Part shown: piece after piece, positions 1-8,645 of the stretch | How positions within the stretch are numbered: the first letter of the stretch is position 1 | Layout: each line of letters starts with the position of its first letter | Origin: an uncultured Pseudomonadales bacterium | Lineage (GTDB): Bacteria > Patescibacteriota > Microgenomatia > UBA1400 > MFAQ01 | NCBI GenBank assembly: GCA_964357975.1 | Contig: CAYHNG010000006.1 | Span: forward strand, 487 to 64,486 | Length of the DNA stretch: 64,000 nucleotides | Direction: 5' to 3' | Program-made: the position numbers and the translations under genes | The notes under the pieces: generated by a model | Told to the model about the DNA's origin: nothing | Databases searched by the model: none | The model's input: only the letters and a program-made list of their open reading frames with translations

Positions 1-244
1 CGAGAAGTAGCTGTGCCACAGACTCGAAAATTCGAAGATCTATGCCCTCATTCCAAAGTTTTTCGGAATCTTTTATTTCCGGATTATTCTGCATAAATAT
101 CTTCTTATCACCTTCCAGACCTTCCGAAATTTTCTGTAGCTTGGCTTTTTGGTAAACAGTGAGAAAAGACTCCGTAGTGAGGAGACCCGCCTTTTTGGCT
201 AACTCGAAGAGACGTCGGGCTTTATCAAGTATTTGCTGATCCAT
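1..244 (-). CDS. hypothetical protein, N-terminal part (runs off the window start)
   Basis: Open frame from ATG at 244 (MDQQILDKARRLFELAKKAG...) with no stop before base 1; TGnTAAAAT lies 6 nt upstream of the ATG. Confidence 0.7.
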   Translation of the reverse strand, partial: MDQQILDKARRLFELAKKAGLLTTESFLTVYQKAKLQKISEGLEGDKKIFMQNNPEIKDSEKLWNEGIDLRIFESVAQLLL

Positions 245-332
245 AAAAATATTTTATCATTTTGAACCTATGGGGTGGTAGAATTCTCCTAGAAAGTGCT
301 GCGTACTTTGAAAACTCAGAGAAGGAGCCCTC

Positions 333-842
333 ATGACACAGTGCTGTGGAAAAATTCCGACAGTTGAAGATGTTCAGGCAATTAAAGAGTCAATCGAAAA
401 AGATGGACAAAAGAAGAGACCAAAGGTTTCTCCTCAAGGCAACTCGTTTCAAGGGGAGATTGGAGAATGGGTAGCAGCCCAAGTGGCTGTAGAACAGCTG
501 AATTTGAGACCGGAGTTTTATGACCCTCCGAGATCTTCGGAAAAAGGAATTGATTTGGTGTACCGCGACAGTCAGGGCAAGCTGGTGTTGATAGAAGCGA
601 AAAATACCGAAAAAAGTGCCACAGCCGCGCTGGGAGCGACAAAGAGTTACGGGAAAGAGGGTTCGATCGAGTGGATTGAATATCATGCGAGACTAATGTG
701 TGATCCTTCCTCAAGCAGATATTCTCCGGATAACGCGAAGATCGGGGAGGAAATCTTGAGAGTGGGTGCCGCCAACGTTTCTTACGTGATTATCCACACA
801 AATCCATCAACTTTAAAAACAGACACCGTGAAAGTGCGTTAG
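333..842 (+). CDS. PD-(D/E)XK restriction-endonuclease-fold nuclease, toxin-like
   Basis: Motifs GEIGE...GIDLVYRD...LVLIEAK; AAGGAG RBS upstream. Confidence 0.7.
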   Translation: MTQCCGKIPTVEDVQAIKESIEKDGQKKRPKVSPQGNSFQGEIGEWVAAQVAVEQLNLRPEFYDPPRSSEKGIDLVYRDSQGKLVLIEAKNTEKSATAALGATKSYGKEGSIEWIEYHARLMCDPSSSRYSPDNAKIGEEILRVGAANVSYVIIHTNPSTLKTDTVKVR

Positions 843-854
843 AGAGGAGCATGC

Positions 855-2009
855 ATGCCAACCACCGAACAACTACTAAAAGGGGTTGACCTTTTTGAAC
901 AGCATGTAAAGGCATATGATGAAGAGTTTAGAAAAAGAAACAAACTACCAAAAAACTTTGACTATCGCCCTTACCGTTGGTGCTCAAGAGATATTGTTTT
1001 TTCACTCCTGGTAGTCAAACACAATCGCAAAGGAAACTACTTGGAAGTTGACGTTTGTCTGATATCCAAGCCACCGCAGTATGTTGAAAATAGCGGTGCT
1101 CGGGTGGCTTTGGGGTTTTTACTTTCCGAAAGTTACAAATGCGGTGGGTCGATGGAAATTGTCTTTACTCCAAACGTCGAAGGTGGCCGCGTACCTGCCT
1201 ACATCTGCGATCTGGCAATCGAAATGGGAATCAAACTTAATTATGTTCCCAAAGGACACATCTCGCCGTTCGAGGCACGCCAACTTTATTTGGAATTGGC
1301 CGGTTTTTCGAAAGAAGCAAAGGAAAGAATCATGAAATTGGCTCTGGAAGGAACAATTTCTCCTGAAAGAATTTGTTTTTTGATTATGGGAGGAATTTGG
1401 ACCCTGCCGGAAGCCGAGTCGATGATTTTAGGAAGCCAACATCCGGAAAGACTTCTCCAATCCACATCAGAGCCGGATGAGAGGCATCTGTATTTAAACG
1501 ATCTGATGGTGGCTAGTGCCACCATACTTGGCGGAGTGCTAGACCGAAAGCTGTTGAAAACCGAACTTTTTGAGGGCGGCCAGATTGTGGAATCCGAAGA
1601 CGAAGAGTCGCCTCTTTCCATAGATTTTGATCAAGCATATTTTGCAAAAATATACCGCTCCGAAACCGACCTCATCATTCCCTGGATCGACGAAAACAAG
1701 ATCTTAACTTCCGGACAACAGATGGTGGTGTTGGTTAGGGCTAGATCCGATAGTGAGATCCAAAAATACTTTCCCAAAGACATGAGTAGTCTGAAAAAAC
1801 TGATCGCCAAGTACCAAAATGACACACAGACAATGATTTTTTACTTGATTCCCCGTGACTTTGAAGATGTGTCTTTGGCTACACAGTCACAAATTATCGC
1901 ACAGCTCAAGAAAGTGGGGGTGTACTTAATGATCTCTCCGGATAACATGGCCAGTCTAAACAAAGAAGCCATTCGCAGACTGGAAACCGGAAGGAGAACG
2001 CGCCAATGA
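855..2009 (+). CDS. hypothetical protein (possible partner or immunity protein of the upstream nuclease)
   Basis: 384-aa ORF; GAGGAG RBS; starts 12 nt after the nuclease; ATGA overlap with the next gene. Confidence 0.8.
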   Translation: MPTTEQLLKGVDLFEQHVKAYDEEFRKRNKLPKNFDYRPYRWCSRDIVFSLLVVKHNRKGNYLEVDVCLISKPPQYVENSGARVALGFLLSESYKCGGSMEIVFTPNVEGGRVPAYICDLAIEMGIKLNYVPKGHISPFEARQLYLELAGFSKEAKERIMKLALEGTISPERICFLIMGGIWTLPEAESMILGSQHPERLLQSTSEPDERHLYLNDLMVASATILGGVLDRKLLKTELFEGGQIVESEDEESPLSIDFDQAYFAKIYRSETDLIIPWIDENKILTSGQQMVVLVRARSDSEIQKYFPKDMSSLKKLIAKYQNDTQTMIFYLIPRDFEDVSLATQSQIIAQLKKVGVYLMISPDNMASLNKEAIRRLETGRRTRQ

Positions 2010-3154
2010 TGAAAACCAATGTAATTTTAGTGGCTATCCCTGATAGCGAATGTATCTCAGAGAGATTGGACTTGCGGGTGCTAATTACACGGGCACTGAA
2101 AATAGAGGCGAGGATGGAGAAGGGGGTAAACTTGGAAGACGAACAACGCCGGTACCAAATTATTTGTGACCGGATGGAATATCTGGGAAATCTGATCAGT
2201 GGCACAAAAAAAGTGGAATTTGTGAATCTGGGAGAAAACTATCTGGAATTACTGATGTTGATGAAGAAAAAGTTTCCGGAAGAAACAAAACGAGCCAGAG
2301 TCATGTCTAACTTTTGCCCTGCGGCTCTCGTGGAAAAACATATTGCATTGTTTGAAAGCTTGGCCAGACAGGCAAGTTTACTTGAATTGGAAGAGATCAA
2401 AAAGAAGATAGAGTTTTACCGCGCTGCGGCTAAGCAAAAGTGCCATGTTTTGGAACTTCAAGAGCTAGTGGCCGATGAGGAAACCAGTAATAGTGTCTCC
2501 TTTGAGAACCTCAAGGAGAAATTTCTGTCATTACCCGTAAATGACGGAATAACCTCAACACTGGACACAAATTCATTCATGGCCTTGCGAAGCCAGATGA
2601 ATCGAGTGATCGACGAGGTGAATAAAGGAGTTCAGACGGGAGTGAATTTTAGCGATTTGTCGCATAACGTGATTACCGAAATGCTGCACGAGTTTGTGTT
2701 CGGGGCCGGCAAACCCATGTATCTTCCGGTAGTTTATGCCGATGGCACAAAAGCCAGGCCGTTTCCAATCCACTGTTTGAAACCACCGGAAAAAGGTAAG
2801 GTGATAAATCTCCCCGGACCGGTGATAAATGTAGGACAGTTAAGCGGTAGACATCAAGAAATGGATCCGAAGATGAATATCTATTTCTTCAGGAACCAAG
2901 AGATTTCCACCGGAAAAACCGCGGCGGAAATTGACTCGGTATCTTATCTGGAAGCGAAAAAGATTTTCGAACGGCTTCGAAAGGAGGGAGTTTATCGAAT
3001 CGCCTATTACCAAACCGGGTTTCAACCGGCCGTGGTAGGCTTCTACCGAGCCCTCACCGAAGAACTGTTACTAAAAGGAAAAAAGGCACCAGCTTTGGAA
3101 GTGACACCTTACTACTTCTTTGGACATTACGAGAAGGGTAAAACTTGGATCTAA
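2006..3154 (+). CDS. hypothetical protein; helical N-terminus, alpha/beta C-terminal domain
   Basis: 382-aa ORF translationally coupled to the previous gene and followed by a terminator. Confidence 0.8.
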   Translation: MMKTNVILVAIPDSECISERLDLRVLITRALKIEARMEKGVNLEDEQRRYQIICDRMEYLGNLISGTKKVEFVNLGENYLELLMLMKKKFPEETKRARVMSNFCPAALVEKHIALFESLARQASLLELEEIKKKIEFYRAAAKQKCHVLELQELVADEETSNSVSFENLKEKFLSLPVNDGITSTLDTNSFMALRSQMNRVIDEVNKGVQTGVNFSDLSHNVITEMLHEFVFGAGKPMYLPVVYADGTKARPFPIHCLKPPEKGKVINLPGPVINVGQLSGRHQEMDPKMNIYFFRNQEISTGKTAAEIDSVSYLEAKKIFERLRKEGVYRIAYYQTGFQPAVVGFYRALTEELLLKGKKAPALEVTPYYFFGHYEKGKTWI

Positions 3155-3165
3155 CCGATTCGAAC

Positions 3166-3196
3166 ACCGAGAGTGATTATTCACTCTCGGTTTTTT
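3166..3196 (+). terminator. intrinsic terminator
   Basis: ACCGAGAGTGA-TTAT-TCACTCTCGGT followed by a T-run. Confidence 0.85.
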
Positions 3197-3289
3197 GTGA
3201 GAAATGTTTTGATTTTTTGATTTTGAGGCGTAAAATCAGGGAATCCTTCAACGGAAAACGTACCTTGAAAACTAAAAGGAGAAACATAT

Positions 3290-5908
3290 ATGCCTAAAAC
3301 AACCACAGAGTATGAGGTGATGTGTAAGCGTTGTGATACTAAAAAGATTGGTTACTCCGGCATGATGTACGAAAAAATGAAGGGCTATGGACAGTCCCGC
3401 CCCGAATATTGTGAGGATTGTCGAAAGGCTCTTCTGTTGGAAAAAATGACCATGGGAGCAGCCTATTTTTCGGTAAAAACTCTTCCGGGTGAGGATCTGA
3501 CAATTGCGCTTCCCGGTGAGCTGGGGATGGTTTACCACCCCCAAAGGCCACATGTGAAGGGCGAAAAAGCGACCACTTTTGATGCCTCAAAGTTTGGAGC
3601 AACTCCCGACAAAATTGTAGATGTTTATAAATGGTTGAAGGGAAAGAACCATCAAGTGGCCATTATTATTGGCGAAACCGGATCCGGAAAGTCAACGGCA
3701 CTGCCTTATTGGCTCATTTATCCGCCGAAGGGAGTACCAAAAGATTTTTTCACCCGGGACGGTCAAATACTGATTACCCAACCGCGAATTGTAGCGACAA
3801 CTTCGATTGCCAAGTATTTGGGATCGCTTTTGGGATCTTCGGTGGGCAAGGGCTTTGATATTGGCTACCGTTACAGTAAAGACCGGAATAACGACCGCTT
3901 TAACGCCGCGTTCTTAGCGACCGACGGTAGCCTGATAAATATGATTATGAATGGGCAGTTGTCGGACCTGAGTGTGATTATGATTGATGAAGCACACGAA
4001 CGATCGGAAAATATCGACATTATTCTCCGACTCCTCAAAGATCAACTGCCGCTGTACCCACACCTGAAACTCTTGATTGTGAGTGCCACCATTAATAAAG
4101 AGTCTTTTCTCAAATATTTTGGTGAAGACACAGCTAAGGTGATTGAGTTTGAAGCAAAAAGAAAATTCGAGTACAAAAGGTTCTTCGCTACCGAAAAAGA
4201 AAAATTGCCCTACGAAGATCTTCATAAACTGAGAGATTGTTTGGTGCCGGCGCTTGTCACCAAAGTTCTTTGGCTTTTGGAAGAGCAGGTAGCCGGAAGA
4301 AAAACTCTCGAAGTTGTGATAGATAAAAGAAAGGTAAAAGCCAACACCCTGGCTTTTCTGCAAGGTGTGAAGCCGATTGAGGAAGCGGTGAACGCTCTGA
4401 CAAAGGCGATTGCGGCCAGCCCTACTCTGAAAGATAAGGTGGAAGTTTACCCGCTATATAGCGACCTGGATGAAAAGAAAAAGGAGTTGGCTCTGGAAGG
4501 GTCCGGCTCCGGAAAAATTCGCGTGATTGTTTCTACCAATGTTGCCGAAGCATCGGTGACCGTAGACGGCATTGTCTATGTGGTGGAAACCGGCATCGAA
4601 AACCAAGCTAACTGGAAATCCGATACCTTACAGACAAAGGTGGGTTTGAATCTCATCAGCCAAGCAAACGCGAAGCAACGTTGGGGACGCTCCGGCAGAA
4701 CCGCTCCGGGTGAAGTTTATTGTCTTTATACCGAAGATCAATTTAACAAGATGCTTCCCTTCCCCATTCCGGCGATTCAAAGATCGTCGATGGAAGACAT
4801 TGTCTTGCTTTTGAAAAAGCTCGGAGTGGATGAACTCGATACCGGGTGGATTGATAATCCGAATGGAACCGAGTTAACTAGATCGATGGATTCGCTTCAC
4901 AAAAGCGGGGCCATTGATGAAGATGACATGCTGACCGAATATGGCTCCATGCTCAAAGAGTTTGCCTATACGGCCACCCTCACCGACCTCATCATTATGT
5001 CCGACAGATTTGGATGCGCCGTAGAAGTCACGACGATCCTGCCGGTAATTAAGAACGGTGGACACAAATATCTGTTGGCCAGAAATGATGAATGGGACAA
5101 GAAAGAGCAACAAAAAGCAAAAGCCGCTCATCAAATACTTTGGAAGAACTGTAAAGATGACGTGGAATTTATCCTGAAGCTGTACAGCTTATGGAAAGAG
5201 CGTGGCGAGAAATGGGCCAAAGAGTTCTACGTCAATCACGAAGTGTTTAAAGATATTGAGACGGAACGAACACAAATTTTACGTCTCTTGAATGGTCACA
5301 AAAAAGACAGCAACTTCCGGGCCATCGACTTTAATCTGGTAAACAGAACGCGAGTAATTCTCGCTTATTGTGTCCCATTTACCGCGGTACCCGAAGGGGC
5401 TTACTCCTATAAAACCAATCTCCAAGCAGCGACCGGTACCGGTGCCAGTTACCAAATGGCCCTGTCCGAAAAGAAGAAAAAGATTGTCGATGATAATCTG
5501 GCCAAAACGCAGTCTCTTTTTTCACTGGCCCGAGAACTGGTAGATTTGGACAAAGACGAGGCCGATGACGAAGTGAAGGCCCGCATTTTTGCCGGAGCCG
5601 ATCTTTCACTCGAAGAGGCGGTCACCTTGCTGGAAGATGAACAAAAAGATAAAATTTCCAAGTCCTATGCCGTAGGTCAGGTGCTTGAAGGAAAGGTGAC
5701 CGGCTTTACAGACTATGGCACCTTCGTGAAACTGCCACTGGGAAACTCGGGAATGATCCATATCTCGAAGATGGGAAAGTGGGTGAAAAAACCAAGTGAG
5801 ATACTAACTATTGGAGACCTGGTTCAAGTGGAAGTGTTGGAAATGAAGGAGGAAAAAGAGAAGATACGGATTGGTTTGAGGCTAAAGTCGGTAATTAAAA
5901 AGTCTTGA
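3290..5908 (+). CDS. DEAH/RHA (HrpA-like) RNA helicase with N-terminal zinc ribbon and C-terminal S1 domain
   Basis: GETGSGKST, TQPR, TDG, DEAHER, SAT, STNVAEASVTVDG and QRWGRSGR motifs; N-terminal CxxC...PEYCxxC; C-terminal S1 (GQVLEGKVTGFTDYGTFVKL...GMIHISKM). Confidence 0.92.
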   Translation: MPKTTTEYEVMCKRCDTKKIGYSGMMYEKMKGYGQSRPEYCEDCRKALLLEKMTMGAAYFSVKTLPGEDLTIALPGELGMVYHPQRPHVKGEKATTFDASKFGATPDKIVDVYKWLKGKNHQVAIIIGETGSGKSTALPYWLIYPPKGVPKDFFTRDGQILITQPRIVATTSIAKYLGSLLGSSVGKGFDIGYRYSKDRNNDRFNAAFLATDGSLINMIMNGQLSDLSVIMIDEAHERSENIDIILRLLKDQLPLYPHLKLLIVSATINKESFLKYFGEDTAKVIEFEAKRKFEYKRFFATEKEKLPYEDLHKLRDCLVPALVTKVLWLLEEQVAGRKTLEVVIDKRKVKANTLAFLQGVKPIEEAVNALTKAIAASPTLKDKVEVYPLYSDLDEKKKELALEGSGSGKIRVIVSTNVAEASVTVDGIVYVVETGIENQANWKSDTLQTKVGLNLISQANAKQRWGRSGRTAPGEVYCLYTEDQFNKMLPFPIPAIQRSSMEDIVLLLKKLGVDELDTGWIDNPNGTELTRSMDSLHKSGAIDEDDMLTEYGSMLKEFAYTATLTDLIIMSDRFGCAVEVTTILPVIKNGGHKYLLARNDEWDKKEQQKAKAAHQILWKNCKDDVEFILKLYSLWKERGEKWAKEFYVNHEVFKDIETERTQILRLLNGHKKDSNFRAIDFNLVNRTRVILAYCVPFTAVPEGAYSYKTNLQAATGTGASYQMALSEKKKKIVDDNLAKTQSLFSLARELVDLDKDEADDEVKARIFAGADLSLEEAVTLLEDEQKDKISKSYAVGQVLEGKVTGFTDYGTFVKLPLGNSGMIHISKMGKWVKKPSEILTIGDLVQVEVLEMKEEKEKIRIGLRLKSVIKKS

Positions 5909-5932
5909 CAAAGGCCAGAAATGGCTTATAAT
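5905..5932 (+). promoter_or_regulatory. consensus sigma70 promoter
   Basis: TTGACA (5905-5910), 16-nt spacer, TATAAT (5927-5932). Confidence 0.85.
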
Positions 5933-5938
5933 ACCGAT

Positions 5939-6232
5939 AGTTAAAGACCAGTTTGAGGCGAGATTTACTGTCTGGGATAGGTCCGGCTGATTGGCCGGGT
6001 AACCGAGTCCACTCTTGCCCAAGCAGGTCTGCCAACTAGTGCGCAGAGTGCGACTCTACGCCCGGGCTTCGCCCGAGAGCCGTCCCAGTTAGGGCCGAGC
6101 TCGAAGTTAACAAAAGAAGTGCCGCGACGCCGGGTTGAATTCCGAAATCGGAAACCCGGAAGGAGCCCTGCCACCACAGGACAAACACTTCTGAAGTTAG
6201 CTGGCCCCGCATTTAAGCGGGGCCTTTTTTTT
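5939..6232 (+). ncRNA. candidate structured non-coding RNA of unknown family (~290 nt)
   Basis: Lies between a perfect promoter and a terminator; no credible plus-strand ORF; many nested GC-rich helices. Confidence 0.7.
6203..6232 (+). terminator. intrinsic terminator ending the candidate ncRNA
   Basis: GGCCCCGC-ATTTAA-GCGGGGCC then T8. Confidence 0.9.
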
Positions 6233-6235
6233 GGC

Positions 6236-6261
6236 AAAAAAAAGAGGATCGGGAGATCCTC
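6236..6261 (-). terminator. intrinsic terminator for the convergent small gene
   Basis: AGAGGATC-GGGA-GATCCTCT with an A-run on the plus strand. Confidence 0.75.
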
Positions 6262-6272
6262 TAATACGTGAG

Positions 6273-6497
6273 TTATTCAAGCGGTTTACCACCCAACCCG
6301 TGGTAGCCGGGTGTATGGCGATGGCATACTCCGTCGTGAAAAAGATAGAAAGAGCCGTTTTTATAACTTCTAAGTATGGCGTCCGCACCTAGCCAGAACC
6401 ATTTTTTACATACTGGACACCGATACCAGGACGAAAAGTGGAAACCAACTGAAAAAATGGCAACCGCACTGATAACAAGCGGGATTAGGATGTGCAT
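6273..6497 (-). CDS. small membrane-anchored protein with CxxC...CH motif
   Basis: 74 aa; N-terminal hydrophobic helix; AAGGAG RBS; own terminator. Confidence 0.6.
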   Translation of the reverse strand: MHILIPLVISAVAIFSVGFHFSSWYRCPVCKKWFWLGADAILRSYKNGSFYLFHDGVCHRHTPGYHGLGGKPLE

Positions 6498-6564
6498 TTT
6501 TCTCCTTTTAAGAACGAATTTAAGAGTATTTTATCACCGATAGCTTACCGAACGTGCCTAAATA

Positions 6565-7743
6565 TTAAAAGTAATTGACATGGAGGTAGAAGGTGTCGTT
6601 GGAGTCGTCGGAATGTTTGACATGCACGTACTTGAGGGTACCCCCGCCACAAGGAATAGATCCTCGATAAAGCTGACCTTTACGAACGGATTTGACCGAA
6701 TAGTTGGAGGTATTGACCATATCAATCCCGGTATGAACATCGCCGGCATAACGCCGGGAAAAGGCAGTATGTCCGTAGGTCTGAGTAATTCTAATCTGGT
6801 CTTCCAACGGCCAATCCCAACCACCTGTAAGGGAGACTGTTCCATCCGGGTAGTTATCCCAACTAAGGTTATCTTTGGGTTTAAGGAATGCGGCGGGGTT
6901 TTGGTGGGACCCATCCTTGACTACCTCAAAGTGAAGATGACCTCCGGTAGAGCAAGCCGATGATCCGGGTATGACGCTGGCAATTTTTTCATTGGCCGAG
7001 ACATCTCGAACCAAAGACTCGGAACCCTTTCCGGCAATAATGCTTTCGATGGCTTCCAGTTCGGCTCGCACCTTCGCCAATAAGGCTTGATATTTTTTCT
7101 CGTCGTTCTGGGTCAAAACCAAAAGGCTTTGTTTTTCTTGCTGTTGTAAGGTTAAAGTCTTCTTCTGGGCTTCCATTTTGGTTTTCAACTTTTCAACTTC
7201 TTGTTGTTTGGTGACTTTTGTTTGCCTTCGAAGATCATAATCTTTTCGAGAGTTTTCCAGTTCACCGAGAATCAATTGATCTTTGGTTTTGAGAGAGTTG
7301 AGATACTTAAACTTTGTAAAATAATCACCCACTGAGTCGGAGGAAAAAATGAGATCTATGGGGGTAACCCGAGATCGGCGATAACTTTCTCTCACTCTAG
7401 CCAAGTAAATTTTGGTTAGATCGGACATAGACTGATTGACGGTATCCAAAACGCCACTTAAAACGGTAATATCTTTTTCCAAAGAAGCAATTTGGGAGAT
7501 TGTTTGGTTGATTTGGGCTTGGGCTAAATTGATCTTGGCGTTGACGGAAGCGATGGCTTGCTTAAGAGTACTGATTTGATTCTTAGTGGAATTCAAAATG
7601 TCCTGACAGGCCTTTTCAATCCCCTGATATTCTTCTACCGACATGCCTTGATGAGTGTCGATGCAATCGTAAGCAAAGACGCCTCGTGACAGGGACAAGA
7701 AGGCCGAAAAAGAAAGGATGACTATAACCAGAAGCGCTTTCAT
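6565..7743 (-). CDS. EnvC/PcsB-like coiled-coil protein with a permuted M23 peptidase domain
   Basis: Signal peptide, long coiled coil, HLHF and HTGID motifs; directly downstream of ftsEX. Confidence 0.88.
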   Translation of the reverse strand: MKALLVIVILSFSAFLSLSRGVFAYDCIDTHQGMSVEEYQGIEKACQDILNSTKNQISTLKQAIASVNAKINLAQAQINQTISQIASLEKDITVLSGVLDTVNQSMSDLTKIYLARVRESYRRSRVTPIDLIFSSDSVGDYFTKFKYLNSLKTKDQLILGELENSRKDYDLRRQTKVTKQQEVEKLKTKMEAQKKTLTLQQQEKQSLLVLTQNDEKKYQALLAKVRAELEAIESIIAGKGSESLVRDVSANEKIASVIPGSSACSTGGHLHFEVVKDGSHQNPAAFLKPKDNLSWDNYPDGTVSLTGGWDWPLEDQIRITQTYGHTAFSRRYAGDVHTGIDMVNTSNYSVKSVRKGQLYRGSIPCGGGTLKYVHVKHSDDSNDTFYLHVNYF

Positions 7744-8645
7744 CTTGATCTCTTCACAAATCTAGCGGCGGCGAAAAAGCTAGAGATAAGAGACAGAAGT
7801 AAGCCAAAAGCTAATAGACCAATTAGAAGAAAGAGATTGATCCAAAAAGGGATCGGAAAAAAGATGACACCTCCCAGTCTGGGAGCGAGGAAAGGGGTGG
7901 AATAAAGAAGCGCAATGTAGCTTAAGACCCAACCAAAGAAGGCCCCGACCAAACCGTAGATCAGTGATTCGGTAATATAGGGCTTGATGATGTAAATATT
8001 TTGGGCACCCAGAAGTTTTAAAGTACTAATCTCGGTCCGTCTGCCGGAAATTTTCATGGAAATAATAATCATCACCGTTAAGACACAAACTACGGTTAAA
8101 GCGATGATTAAAATCAAACCGGCGCCACGTATGGCATTGGTCCATTTGGTCAGCTCAGAAATAACGTCTTGAGGAAAATCAATTTCCTTTTTACCCTGAG
8201 GTGTGGTGCTGACAAGATCCGACTTTTCCAAGATAGAAACAATGGTACCAAAAGCACCGGGATCGGAAGCGGTGATCTCCACGCTGGCAGGGAGAATGTC
8301 GGCGGTGACGATGCCCCAATCGGTGACGGTACCCAGTAAGACCGGGTCGTTACCGACGCTCTTTTTGTAGATTTCCAAAGCTTCCGCTTTACTAATATAA
8401 ACGGCGTTTTTGACTCCCTGTGTAGAAGTCATGGTGCTGATAAGCTTAGCAACCTGATCGGTGGTGTGTCCGTCCTTAAGATAAGCGATGATCTGCGGTT
8501 TGGTTTCGAAATTGAGAAGAATGGTGTGTGACGCGAGTGTGACTAGACTAAAAATACCGACAACAAAAAGGGTGAGGCTAATAATAAAAACGGCGGATAA
8601 GGCCTGAAATGGTGAGCGGCGAATATTTTTGAGAGCAGTGTTCAT
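7740..8645 (-). CDS. ftsX: cell division permease FtsX
   Basis: TM-extracellular domain-3TM layout; RRTEISTLKLLGA motif; coupled to ftsE. Confidence 0.9.
   Translation of the reverse strand: MNTALKNIRRSPFQALSAVFIISLTLFVVGIFSLVTLASHTILLNFETKPQIIAYLKDGHTTDQVAKLISTMTSTQGVKNAVYISKAEALEIYKKSVGNDPVLLGTVTDWGIVTADILPASVEITASDPGAFGTIVSILEKSDLVSTTPQGKKEIDFPQDVISELTKWTNAIRGAGLILIIALTVVCVLTVMIIISMKISGRRTEISTLKLLGAQNIYIIKPYITESLIYGLVGAFFGWVLSYIALLYSTPFLAPRLGGVIFFPIPFWINLFLLIGLLAFGLLLSLISSFFAAARFVKRSR

Noticed and set aside
5939-6232. Calling the RNA RNase P, tmRNA or SRP
   Set aside because: No GAGGAAAGUCC/P4 signature, no GGGG 5' end with a proper T-arm and tag frame, and no complete SRP helix-8 motif. 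Partial look-alikes (GGGTTGAATTCC, CCGGAAGG) do not fit the required structures.
5965-6237. 90-aa minus-strand ORF over the candidate ncRNA
   Set aside because: It starts inside terminator sequences, has no RBS or promoter, and has the Arg/Pro-rich composition typical of GC-rich shadow frames.
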